IMG/VR virus record: IMGVR_UViG_3300033463_000364
Direction: 5' to 3' (one strand)
DNA length: 40,880 nt
Source of the DNA: a virus
Part shown: positions 9,510-21,800 of the stretch, piece after piece
How the letters are laid out: each line of letters starts with the position of its first letter
How positions within the stretch are numbered: the stretch's first letter is position 1
Notes under the pieces: model-generated
What the model was told of the DNA's origin: nothing
Databases searched by the model: none
Seen by the model: only the letters and a program-made list of their open reading frames with translations
Translations under genes and position numbers: made by a program

Positions 9510-9698
9510 TTGAAAGTACGTTTTACCAAGAAATGTTATGTCGGCGGCGTTCTCCGTGACAGAGGGGAAGTGGCTGACATTGCGGACGCCGGGAAATATG
9601 GCGAGGTCTGCCAGGTGATAGAGGCTCCGGCTCCTGAGAAGAAGGCCCCGGAGGCAAAGCCCAAGGCAGACACAAAGACCAAGGGGTTTAAGAGATGA
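9510..9698 (+). CDS. Hypothetical protein (TTG start)
   Basis: 62 aa with a K/P/A-rich tail; GGAGG lies 7 nt upstream. Confidence 0.4.
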   Translation: MKVRFTKKCYVGGVLRDRGEVADIADAGKYGEVCQVIEAPAPEKKAPEAKPKADTKTKGFKR

Positions 9699-10276
9699 AC
9701 CTTATATATCCGAGACAGTGGCTGAAGATTGCCAACAGAGCTTTGAACCTGATAGGAAGCGAGAGCCTCCAGGACTTTGACGACGGCTCACAGGCTGCAC
9801 AGAACATAGAGGTGCAGCTCCCGGCGGCAGTGCAGGAGGTGATGGCCTACCATCCTTTCTGGTGTGCCAGGAAGCGGATGACGCTTGCTCCGCTGGCGGA
9901 CGCCCCTGCCTTCGGATATAAGTTCGCCTATGCGCTCCCTGCGGACTTCTGCTCTCTCGTGGAGGTCCACTCCGGGGATATGAAACTGAAAGGGGAAGAG
10001 TACTCAAGGGAGGGGAACACCATCCTTTCTGACGTGGAGAGCATGGGCATTGTCTATACTGCGCTCCCCGAGACGCCGGAGGCTCTTGTGCCTGCCGTCC
10101 AGGGTGCCATAGTGCACCTCCTGGCCTACAAGCTGGCACAGATAACCACAGCCAACGACGCCCTGACTGCAAGGCTCTTCCAGGAGTACCAGACATCGCT
10201 GGTGGAGGCTGTGAAGCGTGACGGCCAAGGCAGGGGCGACACAGACGGCGAGAGGCCGTGGACAGAGGGAAGATGA
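9695..10276 (+). CDS. Head-tail adaptor (T7 gp11 / tail tubular protein A-like)
   Basis: 193 aa (T7 gp11 is 196 aa). The pattern ANRALNLIGSESLQDFDDGSQAA ... W ... LPADF ... YSREGNTILSD ... VYT parallels the gp11 layout; synteny agrees. Confidence 0.5.
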   Translation: MNLIYPRQWLKIANRALNLIGSESLQDFDDGSQAAQNIEVQLPAAVQEVMAYHPFWCARKRMTLAPLADAPAFGYKFAYALPADFCSLVEVHSGDMKLKGEEYSREGNTILSDVESMGIVYTALPETPEALVPAVQGAIVHLLAYKLAQITTANDALTARLFQEYQTSLVEAVKRDGQGRGDTDGERPWTEGR

Positions 10277-12165
10277 GCAGCTATACAATACTCAAGGCAT
10301 CATTCCAAAGCGGGGAGATCTCTCCGTTCTTCGGAGGCCAGACAGGAAGCGAGATATACGCAAGCGGCGTGAGGAGCATGGAGAACGTGCTCCCGGACAG
10401 CTGCGGAGGCTTCAGAAAGCGGAATGGCACAGTGTACTTCCCTTCCCCGGACAGCTCAAAGCGGACAAGGTTGTTCGAGATATTCTGGGAGGGGGAGAGC
10501 TACCTCCTGGCCATGAACACCGCAACTACAGAGCTCTACAGGACTGACTTCTCAGGAGTGCCCACAGCACTCTGCACAATCACCACGCACACCGACTACA
10601 GCACCTTTGACATAATAAGCGAGATAAAGGCGAGGGTGAACAAGGGCGTGATGTACCTGGTGCACCATTCCTGCAAGCCTAAGACGCTGACAATAACAGA
10701 GTCCGGCGGAGTCTATTCGATGGCATTCGCCGATATGACCTTTGTAACATACAACGATGACGCAGACCGGGCGGCGGACTTCTCCACAGCGGGAAACTTC
10801 CCTTCATGCCTGGCATTCAAGGGAGGGCGGCTCTGGTTCGGGGCAACCGACAACCACCCAGCCACAGTCTGGGCCAGCCGGACACCGGAGGCAGGCGTGG
10901 ACCGCTACAACGACTTCACGCTGTACGACTGCCTGTTTGCCGTGTCTACGGACAGCACGGTGAAGCCGGAGAAAACCTACTACACCAAGAGCGGCAGCTC
11001 CTATGTCAAGGTGCAGAACCCGACAGGGAACCCTTCCACCAACCCGTACTACGAAAGATACAACTACGGACTGTACGCATCCCACGCCTTCGAGCTTGAG
11101 GAGAACGACATGTACGGCACCAGCATACTTTGGTTCGCAGTGCAGAACAGGGTGCTGGCAGGGAACCGCAGGGCGATATTCATGGACACCGGGGATGTGT
11201 CAAGCCCCGAGACCTTCGACATGACAACTGCGCTGAACACCGGGAGCTCCCCGGTCCAGGCAAGGACATACAAGAACTACATACTGTTCCTGGGTGCGGA
11301 CGGCAGGAAGCTGTACCTGCTTTCGTGGGAGAATGACTCCCAGACATTCACTCCGGTGGAGATCACCAGGAACGCCAGCCACCTTTTCAAGGGCGGCATA
11401 AAGGACTTTGACATAATGGATGACCCGGAGCTGATAATCTGGGTTGTCACCAACGACGGCCAGCTCTATTCCTGCTCCATGACGGCAGGTGTAGGCTGGG
11501 CAAAGCATCCAAGGGCTTCCGGGAAATACCGGGGGCTTGCGGTCGCAGGCGACAGCCACAGCCGTGTGTTCCTCGAGGTGGAGATGGACAGCTCATACCA
11601 CCTTGAGTATCTGGACATAGCGGGAGAGTCCGGGATATTCACCGACTGCTCCACTCTGTTCAACAACGGCGGGACACCTGCAAAAAAGATGCTGGTTGCG
11701 CCTCCGCTTGAGGGGCACACAGTGAAGATGTACGCAGACGGTGCGATATGGCCGGATGCAGTGCCGGAGGAGGAGAGCGGCGATGTGTACGCCAGCTACC
11801 TTGAGCCGGTGGACAAGGGAGTGATAGGGCTCCCGATAGAGAGCATGGTTGAGCTGTTCTCGCCGGAAATCCCGGCCAACGGCACCAGCATAGGAAAGAA
11901 GAAAAGGATAAGCAGTGTGACCCTGCGGCTCCTGGACTCCTTCGGCGGCTCCGTATCGGCAGACGGCGGGACAAACACCCTGCTGCTGTCCAGACGGTTC
12001 GGAGCATATTCATACGGCGAGGGCGTGGAGCTGGTGAGCGAGGATATGACCGTGGACATCATGGGCAAGATCACCACCACTGGGCGGGTGCAGATAAGCC
12101 ATGACTACCCGGTGCCGTTCAATGTACTTTCCGTGGGCACCAAGTTTGAGATAGGGGAGGTGTGA
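10273..12165 (+). CDS. Tail nozzle (T7 gp12 / tail tubular protein B-like)
   Basis: 630 aa. ATG 10273 overlaps the upstream stop (ATGA; the ORF track starts at 10258). N-terminus SGEISPFFGGQTGSEIYASGVRSMENVLPDSCGGFRKRNGTVY; synteny with gp12. Confidence 0.5.
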   Translation: MSSYTILKASFQSGEISPFFGGQTGSEIYASGVRSMENVLPDSCGGFRKRNGTVYFPSPDSSKRTRLFEIFWEGESYLLAMNTATTELYRTDFSGVPTALCTITTHTDYSTFDIISEIKARVNKGVMYLVHHSCKPKTLTITESGGVYSMAFADMTFVTYNDDADRAADFSTAGNFPSCLAFKGGRLWFGATDNHPATVWASRTPEAGVDRYNDFTLYDCLFAVSTDSTVKPEKTYYTKSGSSYVKVQNPTGNPSTNPYYERYNYGLYASHAFELEENDMYGTSILWFAVQNRVLAGNRRAIFMDTGDVSSPETFDMTTALNTGSSPVQARTYKNYILFLGADGRKLYLLSWENDSQTFTPVEITRNASHLFKGGIKDFDIMDDPELIIWVVTNDGQLYSCSMTAGVGWAKHPRASGKYRGLAVAGDSHSRVFLEVEMDSSYHLEYLDIAGESGIFTDCSTLFNNGGTPAKKMLVAPPLEGHTVKMYADGAIWPDAVPEEESGDVYASYLEPVDKGVIGLPIESMVELFSPEIPANGTSIGKKKRISSVTLRLLDSFGGSVSADGGTNTLLLSRRFGAYSYGEGVELVSEDMTVDIMGKITTTGRVQISHDYPVPFNVLSVGTKFEIGEV

Positions 12166-12166
12166 T

Positions 12167-13273
12167 ATGAGTGCTATTATCGCCGGCATAGGGCTTGCTT
12201 TAAGTGCTGCATCGATGATAGGCAGCTTTGCACAGGGACAGGCCAGCGCATCAGCGCAGAAGAAGGCACTCAAGCTCCAGCAGAAGCAGTTCGAGCTTGA
12301 CCTGAAGAAAACATACCTCTCAAGCCTTGACCAGCTCACACAGCTGGAGGGCGCATTTAAGGACACGCAGACCGCCATATTGCAGACAGAGAGCGACATA
12401 GCGAGTGCTGACGAGTTCCTGAAGTACAGGTACGACAACTACTATTCCACACAGCTTGCCGGAACGATAGAGAGCGGCATGGGGGAATACCAGACCCTGA
12501 TGCAGAACTGGCAGAACCGTGGAGTGCTCACCGCAGAGCGGGGGCAGACCGGAAGCACGGCCAGCATACTTGCGGCTATCCAGAGGCAGAGCCTTGCCAA
12601 CTTCGCAGGAGAGGACCTTTCCCTTGATGCAAACGGCGGCAGGTTCGGAGGCCTCTTGACAGAGCAGATAAGAGACCTTGAGGCAGAGAAGAAATCCGCA
12701 GAGAACCGGATAGACATAGGCAACCAGAGCCTTGCACTCTACCAGGACACCCTGAACGACTATCTCCGCAGCATAGGAACCACACTGGGCAGTGCTGTAG
12801 CCCTGGGCTATGACTCCGGGCAGTCCTATGAGGCCCTTGCAGAGCTGGTGGACCAGTACAAGGACTACTTCGGCGATGTATCGGAGTCCGAGTTCAACTC
12901 CATCAAGGCAGACCTCCTCAAGGACTATGCGCCTCTTGATTACAGAGTGACAAGCTACACCTATGAGACAGAAAGCGGCGGCGAGAGCCAGCACGGCGCA
13001 AATATCCACGAGCACACCGGCTATATCACCTGGGTTAAGAATGATGACGGCATGTGGGTGGCAGCAACAGGCGACCAACTGAAGAAACTCAAGAAGCAGT
13101 ACGGCAAGGATTATGTCAAGAACTATATAAACGCCAACGGAGTAGTGAACCTGGGCGACTACAACGCCAAAGCCAAAGTTAAAAATGGTGTCTACGGCTA
13201 TCAGCAGAACAGCATCTTCTGGAACGACACATTCCAGAAGAAGATTGAGAGCCTGGGCAGCCGTCCGATATAA
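12167..13273 (+). CDS. Internal virion protein (gp14 position), N-terminal TM helix
   Basis: 368 aa; MSAIIAGIGLALSAASMIGSF followed by coiled-coil. Assigned by position in the T7-like order. Confidence 0.4.
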   Translation: MSAIIAGIGLALSAASMIGSFAQGQASASAQKKALKLQQKQFELDLKKTYLSSLDQLTQLEGAFKDTQTAILQTESDIASADEFLKYRYDNYYSTQLAGTIESGMGEYQTLMQNWQNRGVLTAERGQTGSTASILAAIQRQSLANFAGEDLSLDANGGRFGGLLTEQIRDLEAEKKSAENRIDIGNQSLALYQDTLNDYLRSIGTTLGSAVALGYDSGQSYEALAELVDQYKDYFGDVSESEFNSIKADLLKDYAPLDYRVTSYTYETESGGESQHGANIHEHTGYITWVKNDDGMWVAATGDQLKKLKKQYGKDYVKNYINANGVVNLGDYNAKAKVKNGVYGYQQNSIFWNDTFQKKIESLGSRPI

Positions 13274-13282
13274 GGAGACAGC

Positions 13283-15868
13283 ATGATAGTACCAACAAAA
13301 GATTATACGCCGCTCAGGCAGGCCAACGCCGCAAGGACACAGGGCAAGAGGGCGCAGTTCGTAGCCCCTTCGCTGGAATATGAACGCCAGAGTCTTGAGA
13401 TAAGGAAGGAAGGACTCAAGCAGAAGGTGGGCGAGATCAAGTCCCAGGAGGGCTGGAACGCCTTCCACTTTGCCGTGGGCATGGGCCAGCTTGCTGTCAA
13501 GACGGCATCAGTGGTGGAGAACTACCAGCTCCAGAAGGCCGACAGCCAGGTAAAGACAAAGGTCTCAGACTACGAGACAGAGATGGCACGCCGCTGGTCC
13601 ACCGGTGAGCTTTCCGTTGACGAGAACGGCAACATACAGGGCCTTGACAGCCTGAACGAGTACCAGCAGCAGCAGCTTAAAGACATAGAAAGCAACAAGT
13701 GGTTCAAGAGCGTGAAGAACGCCGCAAAGGAAGCCCTCCAGGGTGTCTATGCGGAGAGAGAGAACACGATACTGAAGGGAATTTATGAGAACACCATAAA
13801 CAAGACTTTCCAGCAGGAGCAGGAGAACCTTGCCTCATATATCAACAACGATGCCTCACGGCTTGACTTCTCCAATGACAACGCCTACACGCTCACCGAC
13901 AGCTACATAGACAGCATGAAGAACATCACCACGGCAGACAAGACGCTCTTAAAGACACAGGCCCACAAGGAGATTGACCTGAAGCGTGCCCAGAACAGCG
14001 TGAGCGCAGTGGCAAGGGCAGGCGGATATGATGCAGCCATCAAGGTTGCCGACGCCTGGGTTGCGGACAAGAACTACGACCAGGACACAAGGGAGAACCT
14101 TTACAGCATCGCCGGGAAAATGAGCAGGCTGGCGACAAACCAGGCTATGGATGCCGGGCTTGAGTACATGGCAAAGGGGCTCACCACAGGCCAGAGTCCG
14201 GCAGAGCTCAGGAAAGCCGCCGACGACATGATGGCCGGGAAGCCGGAGGAGCAGAAGGAGGCTTTTATTTCCGGCATCAACAAGGCGCAGCTGCAATACT
14301 GCAACAACATAATAGCAGAGATAACAAAGGACATACCGGAAACACTGACCTCCGCAGATGTGGCTGACATGATAGACAGACTCAAGGAGCAGGGCGACTC
14401 CTTCAAGGGAAACCCCGACACAGAGAAGCTGCTGGACGACACAATAGCAAAATGGCAGCAGGCAGACCAGATACTTGTATCAAAGGACTACAGCGAGAAA
14501 TATGACTCACTGAAGAGCATATACCTTCCTCGCCTTATGGACGGATCCATGTCACCCAAGCAGGTCCTGGACATGATAGGCTCCGGCATGGAGATGGCAA
14601 AGGAGAACGGAGACAACAACAAGCTGGCCGCATACCAGCAGTTCAAGCAGGACGTGGAGAAGCAGGTGCTGGGTGACTTCGTGAACCCGGCAATCAAGGA
14701 AGCTGACCAGACGATAGCGGACACCATGAAGTGGTGGTACGGTGACAAGACTTTCAAGGGCAACCCTTACGTCAGGGGACAGTACAACGACATTGTGGCG
14801 GAGGCAGATGCCGCCATCATCGACCTGTGCATGAACAAGGGCAAGCTGTCCAATGCCGAGATAGAGAAGGTGGCCAACGAGGTGATGGGTCGCTATGCAG
14901 GCCAGGAGGCCGTGATGAGGGCAGCCGCAGAGGGTGATGGATATGTGGCAAGGCAGACCAGGGCGGCAGGGGCAGCCCAGAAAACAGCCCAGAAGGGAAC
15001 TGGAAAGGCAGCCCCTGAGCCGGAATACAGCAATCCTTCCATAGCAGACCTGAGCTCAAGCCTGCTGACGGCCATAAAATCGGAGAACAGTAAGCGGGAG
15101 ACATCGGAGAAGAAGGACGACTACAAGGATGCGGAAAAGTACGAGAGAAACGCCGCAGCCCTTACAAAGATACAGAAGGACTCACTGCCGCTTCTGGACG
15201 ACATGATGACAAAGATGCCGCCGAGCGGGCAGCAGGACTTTACAGACCAGATGAACGACCAGTATTTCATATTCAAGAAGGATCCTGCCGGTTGGCTTGA
15301 GAAATTCAACGAAACCAGGACATCGGACAAGGTGTCATGGATAGACAATCCGGGCGAGGACTATACCGTAAAGACATCATTCCAGAACATGAAGCTGTTC
15401 GACCCGGAGCTTGAGGCAATGTACCCGCTTGTGTCCGGCACACCGGAGGGGAGAGCCTATGCCGCAAGGCGGAACGCACTTGAGGAAGGAATGATAGCAA
15501 ATGTGGCGGCACAGCAGGGCCAGCCGATAGACCCGCTTGCCTGGGAACCTCCTATATACAGGCCCGATGCGGACGGCTTTGTATACATGAACGGCGACAA
15601 CATTTACAGGGTTGTCAAGGAAGGTGACGGCTTCATAGTCCAGATCCTGGGCGCAGGCGACAACTGGAACACAGTGGAGCCTCAGACAAAGCCTTATGAC
15701 AGCAAGACACCGGAAGGGGTTGACCTGATCAAGGACAAGAACAAAAAGAGCTTCGAGAAGATGACTGGAAAGGGCATCGCCACAAAATACTACAACCCAA
15801 AGACAGGCGAATACCAGGACACAGACCCTAACAAAGACCCAGACAAACCCTGGTGGTGGTGGAGGTGA
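13283..15868 (+). CDS. Internal virion protein (gp15 position)
   Basis: 861 aa, largely helical and charged. Assigned by position. Confidence 0.4.
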   Translation: MIVPTKDYTPLRQANAARTQGKRAQFVAPSLEYERQSLEIRKEGLKQKVGEIKSQEGWNAFHFAVGMGQLAVKTASVVENYQLQKADSQVKTKVSDYETEMARRWSTGELSVDENGNIQGLDSLNEYQQQQLKDIESNKWFKSVKNAAKEALQGVYAERENTILKGIYENTINKTFQQEQENLASYINNDASRLDFSNDNAYTLTDSYIDSMKNITTADKTLLKTQAHKEIDLKRAQNSVSAVARAGGYDAAIKVADAWVADKNYDQDTRENLYSIAGKMSRLATNQAMDAGLEYMAKGLTTGQSPAELRKAADDMMAGKPEEQKEAFISGINKAQLQYCNNIIAEITKDIPETLTSADVADMIDRLKEQGDSFKGNPDTEKLLDDTIAKWQQADQILVSKDYSEKYDSLKSIYLPRLMDGSMSPKQVLDMIGSGMEMAKENGDNNKLAAYQQFKQDVEKQVLGDFVNPAIKEADQTIADTMKWWYGDKTFKGNPYVRGQYNDIVAEADAAIIDLCMNKGKLSNAEIEKVANEVMGRYAGQEAVMRAAAEGDGYVARQTRAAGAAQKTAQKGTGKAAPEPEYSNPSIADLSSSLLTAIKSENSKRETSEKKDDYKDAEKYERNAAALTKIQKDSLPLLDDMMTKMPPSGQQDFTDQMNDQYFIFKKDPAGWLEKFNETRTSDKVSWIDNPGEDYTVKTSFQNMKLFDPELEAMYPLVSGTPEGRAYAARRNALEEGMIANVAAQQGQPIDPLAWEPPIYRPDADGFVYMNGDNIYRVVKEGDGFIVQILGAGDNWNTVEPQTKPYDSKTPEGVDLIKDKNKKSFEKMTGKGIATKYYNPKTGEYQDTDPNKDPDKPWWWWR

Positions 15869-18800
15869 TGATGGATTTCAGAGAGCAGTTCGAGATACAG
15901 AAGGAAAAAGACACAGCAAAGGAAGGTTCCTATCTCTCCTTTGAGGAGCAGTTCAGGCAGAACAAAGCAGTAAGGGACTCTTCCGGCATCACGGAACTTC
16001 TGAAAGCCAACATCAAGGACCCGGGAGAGGCCGCCGCAGTGGCAGGCATGACATACACCCTGGCCGACCACTTCAAACAGGATCCTGTCACGATCCTCAA
16101 GGACCTGCCGGGCTGGGCTGCAAAGTACAACGGAATTGTCAAAGATAACAAGGGAGCATGGCAGCAGATATGGGACGCCGCAAAGACCGGATGGGCCACA
16201 GACCGCCTGGGCCGGATAGGTTCTGCACTCATGGTGGACAGGACCCCGGAGGACAAACAGAGACTTATTGACGAGGCGGCAAGCATAAGGGCAGGCATTC
16301 CCGGCACCGAGGGCGACAGCCAGTCCCTGGGAATGAAGATAGCCACATCATCGGCAAACCTTCTGGGAACAATGGTGAGGCCGCTTGTCACCAACCTTCT
16401 CGTGTCAGCACTCATACCGGAGGCCAAGATAGGCGCAGTGATGGGTGACATCGCCAAAGGCATCCCGGCCATAGCCGGAAGAGCCGAGAAGGTGGCCGCC
16501 ATTGCCGCAAGAGCCACAGGGCACGGTGCTCCGTTCCTGGTGACATGGGCAGACACTGCACAGGTGGAGTCCGGAAACATCTACCTTGATATGCTTGATG
16601 CAGGCGTGGATGAGGATATTGCCCGGAAATACGCAGGGGTGCACGGTGCCATAGCCGGAGCACTTGAGGCGGCTCCGCTTGAGTTTGCATTCACGAGGAT
16701 GCCGGTATACAGAAAGGCAGCGCAGACAGCCTTCAACAGGCTCTGCGGAAGAGCAGTGAGCAAGGCAGGTGTGGCAAAAACAATGTCAAGCGCACTGTCA
16801 AACGCATTCATCAACATAGCCTCATCCACCCTATTCGAGACCGTTACAGAGGTGGCACAGGAAGGTTCGGCTGTATATTTCGAGAAGAAGGCCGCACTTG
16901 CACTCCCGGACGAGATCAAGGACGAGAAGCTGCGGAAGATGCTGCCGGAAGCCTACGGCCAGTGGCGGGCATACTATGAGCAGGAAGTGGAGGGCAGAAA
17001 GGACTACTACGAGGGCCAGGAATACAAGGACTATGTTGCCGACAGAGTGTGGGACGTGCTTGTGCAGACAGCACTGGGCACCGCTCCGCTCTCATTCCTG
17101 GGAGCATCCGGCCAGGCGATCTCCGATGTGAAGTACACACAGAGCATAAAGAAAGAGGCCGAAGTGAACCCCTCCAAGCTGAACTTCATAAAAAGGCACT
17201 TCAACGACAGGCAGTTTGACGAGATGCCGAAGGAGAAAAGGGCAGAGACCCTGGCACAGATTTACGAGGACTACCACAGCGGCGAGCGTGTGGATGCCGT
17301 TGACGGCAGCATCCTGGACACCGACTACATCAAGATAAACGAAAGCGAGGAGATGCCGGATGGCGAGGAACAGGCCAGCGAGGCACCGGCAGAACCGCCC
17401 AAGAGAAGAAAGGATAACAGACTCCACACCCAGGAGGCTATAATGCCGGAGAACACAGTGCATCACGATGACGGCTCCGTGTCAAAGATCATTCTGCTGG
17501 GCACTACGGTCAACGACAAGAGATATGGACATATAAACTTCACAATCAAGGACAACGACATAACCATAGACAGCGTGAAGATGCGGGCAGGACAGCAGGC
17601 TCTTACAGAGGAGTTCATCACAGACTTCATGCAGAGGTACAAGGGCTACAACATAAGCTGGGAGCCTGCATCGGAGGCGCAGAAGAAGATAAGAGAGAAC
17701 CTGCTCAACGTAAACAAGGGCACAAAGTACGAGGGGCAGCTCCAGCAGTTCTGGGGCAAGGGCGACCGGGAGCAGATAAACAAGACCGCAAGGCTTATTC
17801 AGGACAAGTTCAAGAACTTCACACCGGACCAGGCAATGGTTGGTGCAGAGCTCCTTGATCTTCTGGCACAGAAGCGGGGCAAGACCCTGAGCCAGCTTGT
17901 CAGCGACGACATGGGCAAGGGCGACATCAGGCTGGGCACAGTCCAGGAGGGCATAGAGCAGGGCGTTCTGGATGCAGACGAAGTGAAGAACAAGCGTGGT
18001 GCCATACAGTGGGCCGCCGATGCGGGCAAGGCTTTTATCTGGGTTGGAGAAAAGGGCGACTTCTCAACCCTGGGCCACGAGGTGACACACTTCGTGCTCA
18101 TGACAGACCCGGAGGCAGCCAAGGAACTGGCAGCCCAGCTCAAGGATGCAGCAGACACGCCGCAGTTCCGGCAGTACCTGGACGAGCACAGGAAGATAAT
18201 GGAGGGAGTCACCGAGAGCAAGAATGATATTGTCTCAAGCCTCACCACAGAGCAGATACTTGACCAGATAAAGAGCCTGCCTGATGAAGTGGAGAAGTGG
18301 ACGACAACACAGCACGAGATAGCGGCCGTCCTGGCAGAGACCTACCTCCAGGAGGGCGAGACATTCAACCCGGAGCTGAAGTCTCTTTTTGACAAGATAA
18401 TTGACTGGTTCCTGAAGATATACGAAATGCTGAAGCGCAAGGCCCACCTGAACGAGGGCATAATTAAGGCATACGACAATCTGTTTACAAAGAACCCGGA
18501 GCTGAAGGAGAAATACGAGGCGCAGCAGCAGGCCGAAGCCGCACAGCAGGGTGCCAGAGAGCAGGGCAAGACAATGTTCCAGGGAGCAACCCCAGAGGAG
18601 CTTGCAGAAGTCGAGAAACAGTACGCCGAAACCAAAGCCAAGTACAAAGGCACAGACCAATGGATGAAAGCCCCGAATGGCAAGCCTACAAAACTTACCG
18701 AGAGACAATGGGTGCAGGTACGGACACCTTACTTCATCCGTTGGTTTGGAGACTGGATTAACGACCCAGAGAACGCAAGCAAGGTGGTGGATGAAAATGG

Positions 18801-21800
18801 CGAGCCATTAGTTGTAGGACACGAAACAAATAATGATTTTACAACATTTGACCCAGAACAAACACAGTATGGTGCATTCTTTTTTGCAAAATATCCAAGT
18901 CAGAAACATCCTTATGGCAAAACAAGGATGGAAACATACCTAAATATCAGAAATCCATATATCATAGAAAGGGATGATTACCCATTCGCACACGAACTTA
19001 CCGATGATGTTAGAGAAGCTAATAATGGTAATGATGGGTCAATATGGATAGATACAGCAGAGGGAAGAAATGTTTATGTAGCCTTCTCCCCTAACCAGAT
19101 CAAATCCGCCACCAACAATGTAGGCACATTCTCTCATTCTAACCTTTCCATATTATACCAGCCAGCTTTCCATGGCTCTGGTGCTTCATTCGATAAGTTT
19201 GACACCGCTTTCATGGGTACAGGCGAAGGAGCGCAGGCTTTCGGGTGGGGTATCTATGCTTCACAGAGCGAGGGTATTGCCAGAAGTTATGCTAACCAAG
19301 CAGCCCAAAAACATGGTGATGATATTTTTGTTATTTCTAATACACCAGTTTCCGAGGAAGTAAACGGCTATATCCATAGAATAGCAAATCATCATAGCGT
19401 TAATAATCTTTATGATTATTCTGCTTTAAGAAAGGCTATCATTGAAAGAATTGAATATCTTGAAAAAACAGTAAACTCTTTTGAAATAGGTATTAAGGAT
19501 ATAGAAAATGCTTTAAGGCAAATAAAACGAAACCCCACAATGACACTTGAAGAGTTTGAAAAACAGTTTACAGATGCTTTTGATGTTCATATAAACGATT
19601 TTATTGCAGGGGCTAAACAGGAAGCATATAAACAAAAGAGAGAGGTTGAAATTAGCGATGTAGCAAATGTTTTACAAGATACACTTAACATCTCTCTTTA
19701 TCCAAGTTACGAAATATACTCTAATGAACTTGATGAACTTAAAAAACTTGATTTACAAAATATAGTATACCAAAAGGGTAGAAATCATCACAACCTTTAT
19801 ACAGTAACCATCCCCGATGACAACGGAAGCAATTATCTGTACTGGGATAAAGAATACACAGCAAAAGAATTTGACAAACTTGCAGAGAGAGTTATCAAAG
19901 CAAACAACCTTGAAGGGAAATGGGGTGCAGGTGATTTACTCCCATTTGATATTGAAGGTGAAGAAGAATTTAACCGCAACCCGACAGGTGAAGAAATATA
20001 TCATGCTATTCAAGATACTGCTGAAAGTCCCAAGACTGCATCAGAATATCTTAATCGTGCAGGTTTTGTAGGTATAGATTATCCAGCTAACAGTTTAAGT
20101 GGTGGCAATAAGTATGGCAAGCGTAACTTTGTAATCTTCAACGCCGATGACATCACAATAGACAAGCACACTATGTGGCAGAACGAGCTCCAGAGGGACA
20201 TCGAAGCCGACCTCATGGAACAGGCCAAGGGGCTGTCGCTTGACGAGTGGATAGACTTTAACAAGTTCCTGGGCGACGAGAACCTGACAGACGACCAGCT
20301 CAAGGCTATCTGGGAAAGGGCCAACAACGCAACCAAGACAGCCGAGGGTGCCACTGTCATATCTGCCGGGGCGATGACCGAGGAGGAGAAGGACACAGCA
20401 TTCTACAACCTTATGCAGACCGATGACGGCATAAGAAACTTCATCCGGGCACTCCGCTTCATGTATAACTTCATGAACGAGATAGACCAGCAGGGCGTGG
20501 GACAGGAAGATATTGAATATCTTGATAAAGTGCAGGAAACACTCAACCTGGCAAACAGCGCAGCACCGAAGATCACCATGATAGCCCAGGGCAAGACTCC
20601 GATAGAGGACATCAAGCCGGAGACAATCAAGAACATCCGGGGAATGATAGTGAACAACCTTACAGACTACCGGGACCTGTACGCAAGGGCCGCCGGCAGT
20701 GAGGATCTTGCCGTGTCCGGTGAAGCACTCCCGCTCATCCAGGAACCGACAGCAGAGACCCAGCGCATGAGCTTTGCCGAGAGGAAGGCTTTTGCCGACA
20801 GGATAGAGGCCCAGGAGCTGAAGAAGAAGATACTGAAAGGCGAGGAGACCTACGAGGGCGAGGCGCAGAAGGTTGTCAAATATCTGGACGGCGAGATAAA
20901 GAAAGGCGAAGTCAAGATAAAGGAACTCCAGGAGGACATCGGCCACAAGCGTGAGGCATTGAGCATGAAGGACAAGAAGCTCTTGAAAGATGCTGAAGAA
21001 AAGAAAGAGGTCGAGAAGAAGCTCAACAGGCTGAACGCAACCATCCGCTCAAAGCTGGACAAGGGTGTGCGCATATCCACAGAGGAATATAAGCGGCGTG
21101 ACAGCCTGATGGAGCGGCTTGACGTCCTCAAGGAAGCCACAGCCCAGCTGGTGAACCAGACAAAGGTAAAGGCCCTTGCAGACAAGCAGGATGCACTCCA
21201 GAAGCTGAAGGATAAATACAAGAAGGACATGGAGCAGCGGCGGCTTGCCAGGGAGATCATAGCATACAAGAAGAAGCTCTGGAACGGCATCATGCGGAAG
21301 GTGTCAAGGAACGTGAACTGGGAGCAGGCCGAGGTAATAAACGCAATCCACCGGCTGCTGGGCGACGTATCTGAAAGCACAAACGAAAACATCACCCTGG
21401 GTGGGAAGATCATGACCCTGAAGGAGTTCAGGGAGGGCGTCGACAAAGGAACCATAGAGGTGGCCGGACTCTCAGACTACCAGCTAAAACGCTACCTGAA
21501 CAAGACCCTTGCAGACTTCACGATCCAGGAGCTTGAAGAGCTCTACGACACAGTTCGCTATCTCACCAAGACAGGCCGCCAGGAATGGCAGGCCAAGGTT
21601 GACCAGCGGAACTACGAGGCCCAGCAGTACAGGAACATCCTCATCAACGAGATAATCAGCAGCCCGAAGTTCAAGGGGAATGAACCGCTGCCGGAGACCA
21701 CTGAGGCTATAAAGAAGAGCCGAGACCTTATGACCATGTTCAAGACAGCATGGTACAAGACCCTGAACATGGCAAGGAAAGCCCAGATCCTGGACAACGG

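Noticed and set aside
12320-13468. 382-aa ORF on the minus strand
   Set aside because: It is fully antisense to two well-supported virion genes with RBSs and coupled junctions. The sequence is Leu/Val/Cys-rich, typical of mirror frames of GC-rich third-position coding DNA.
15930-16580. Minus-strand ORFs inside the giant gene (for example 15930..16580, 20095..20946, 20850..21455)
   Set aside because: They are antisense to a single 7.9-kb uninterrupted ORF with recognisable domains. No independent signals support them.
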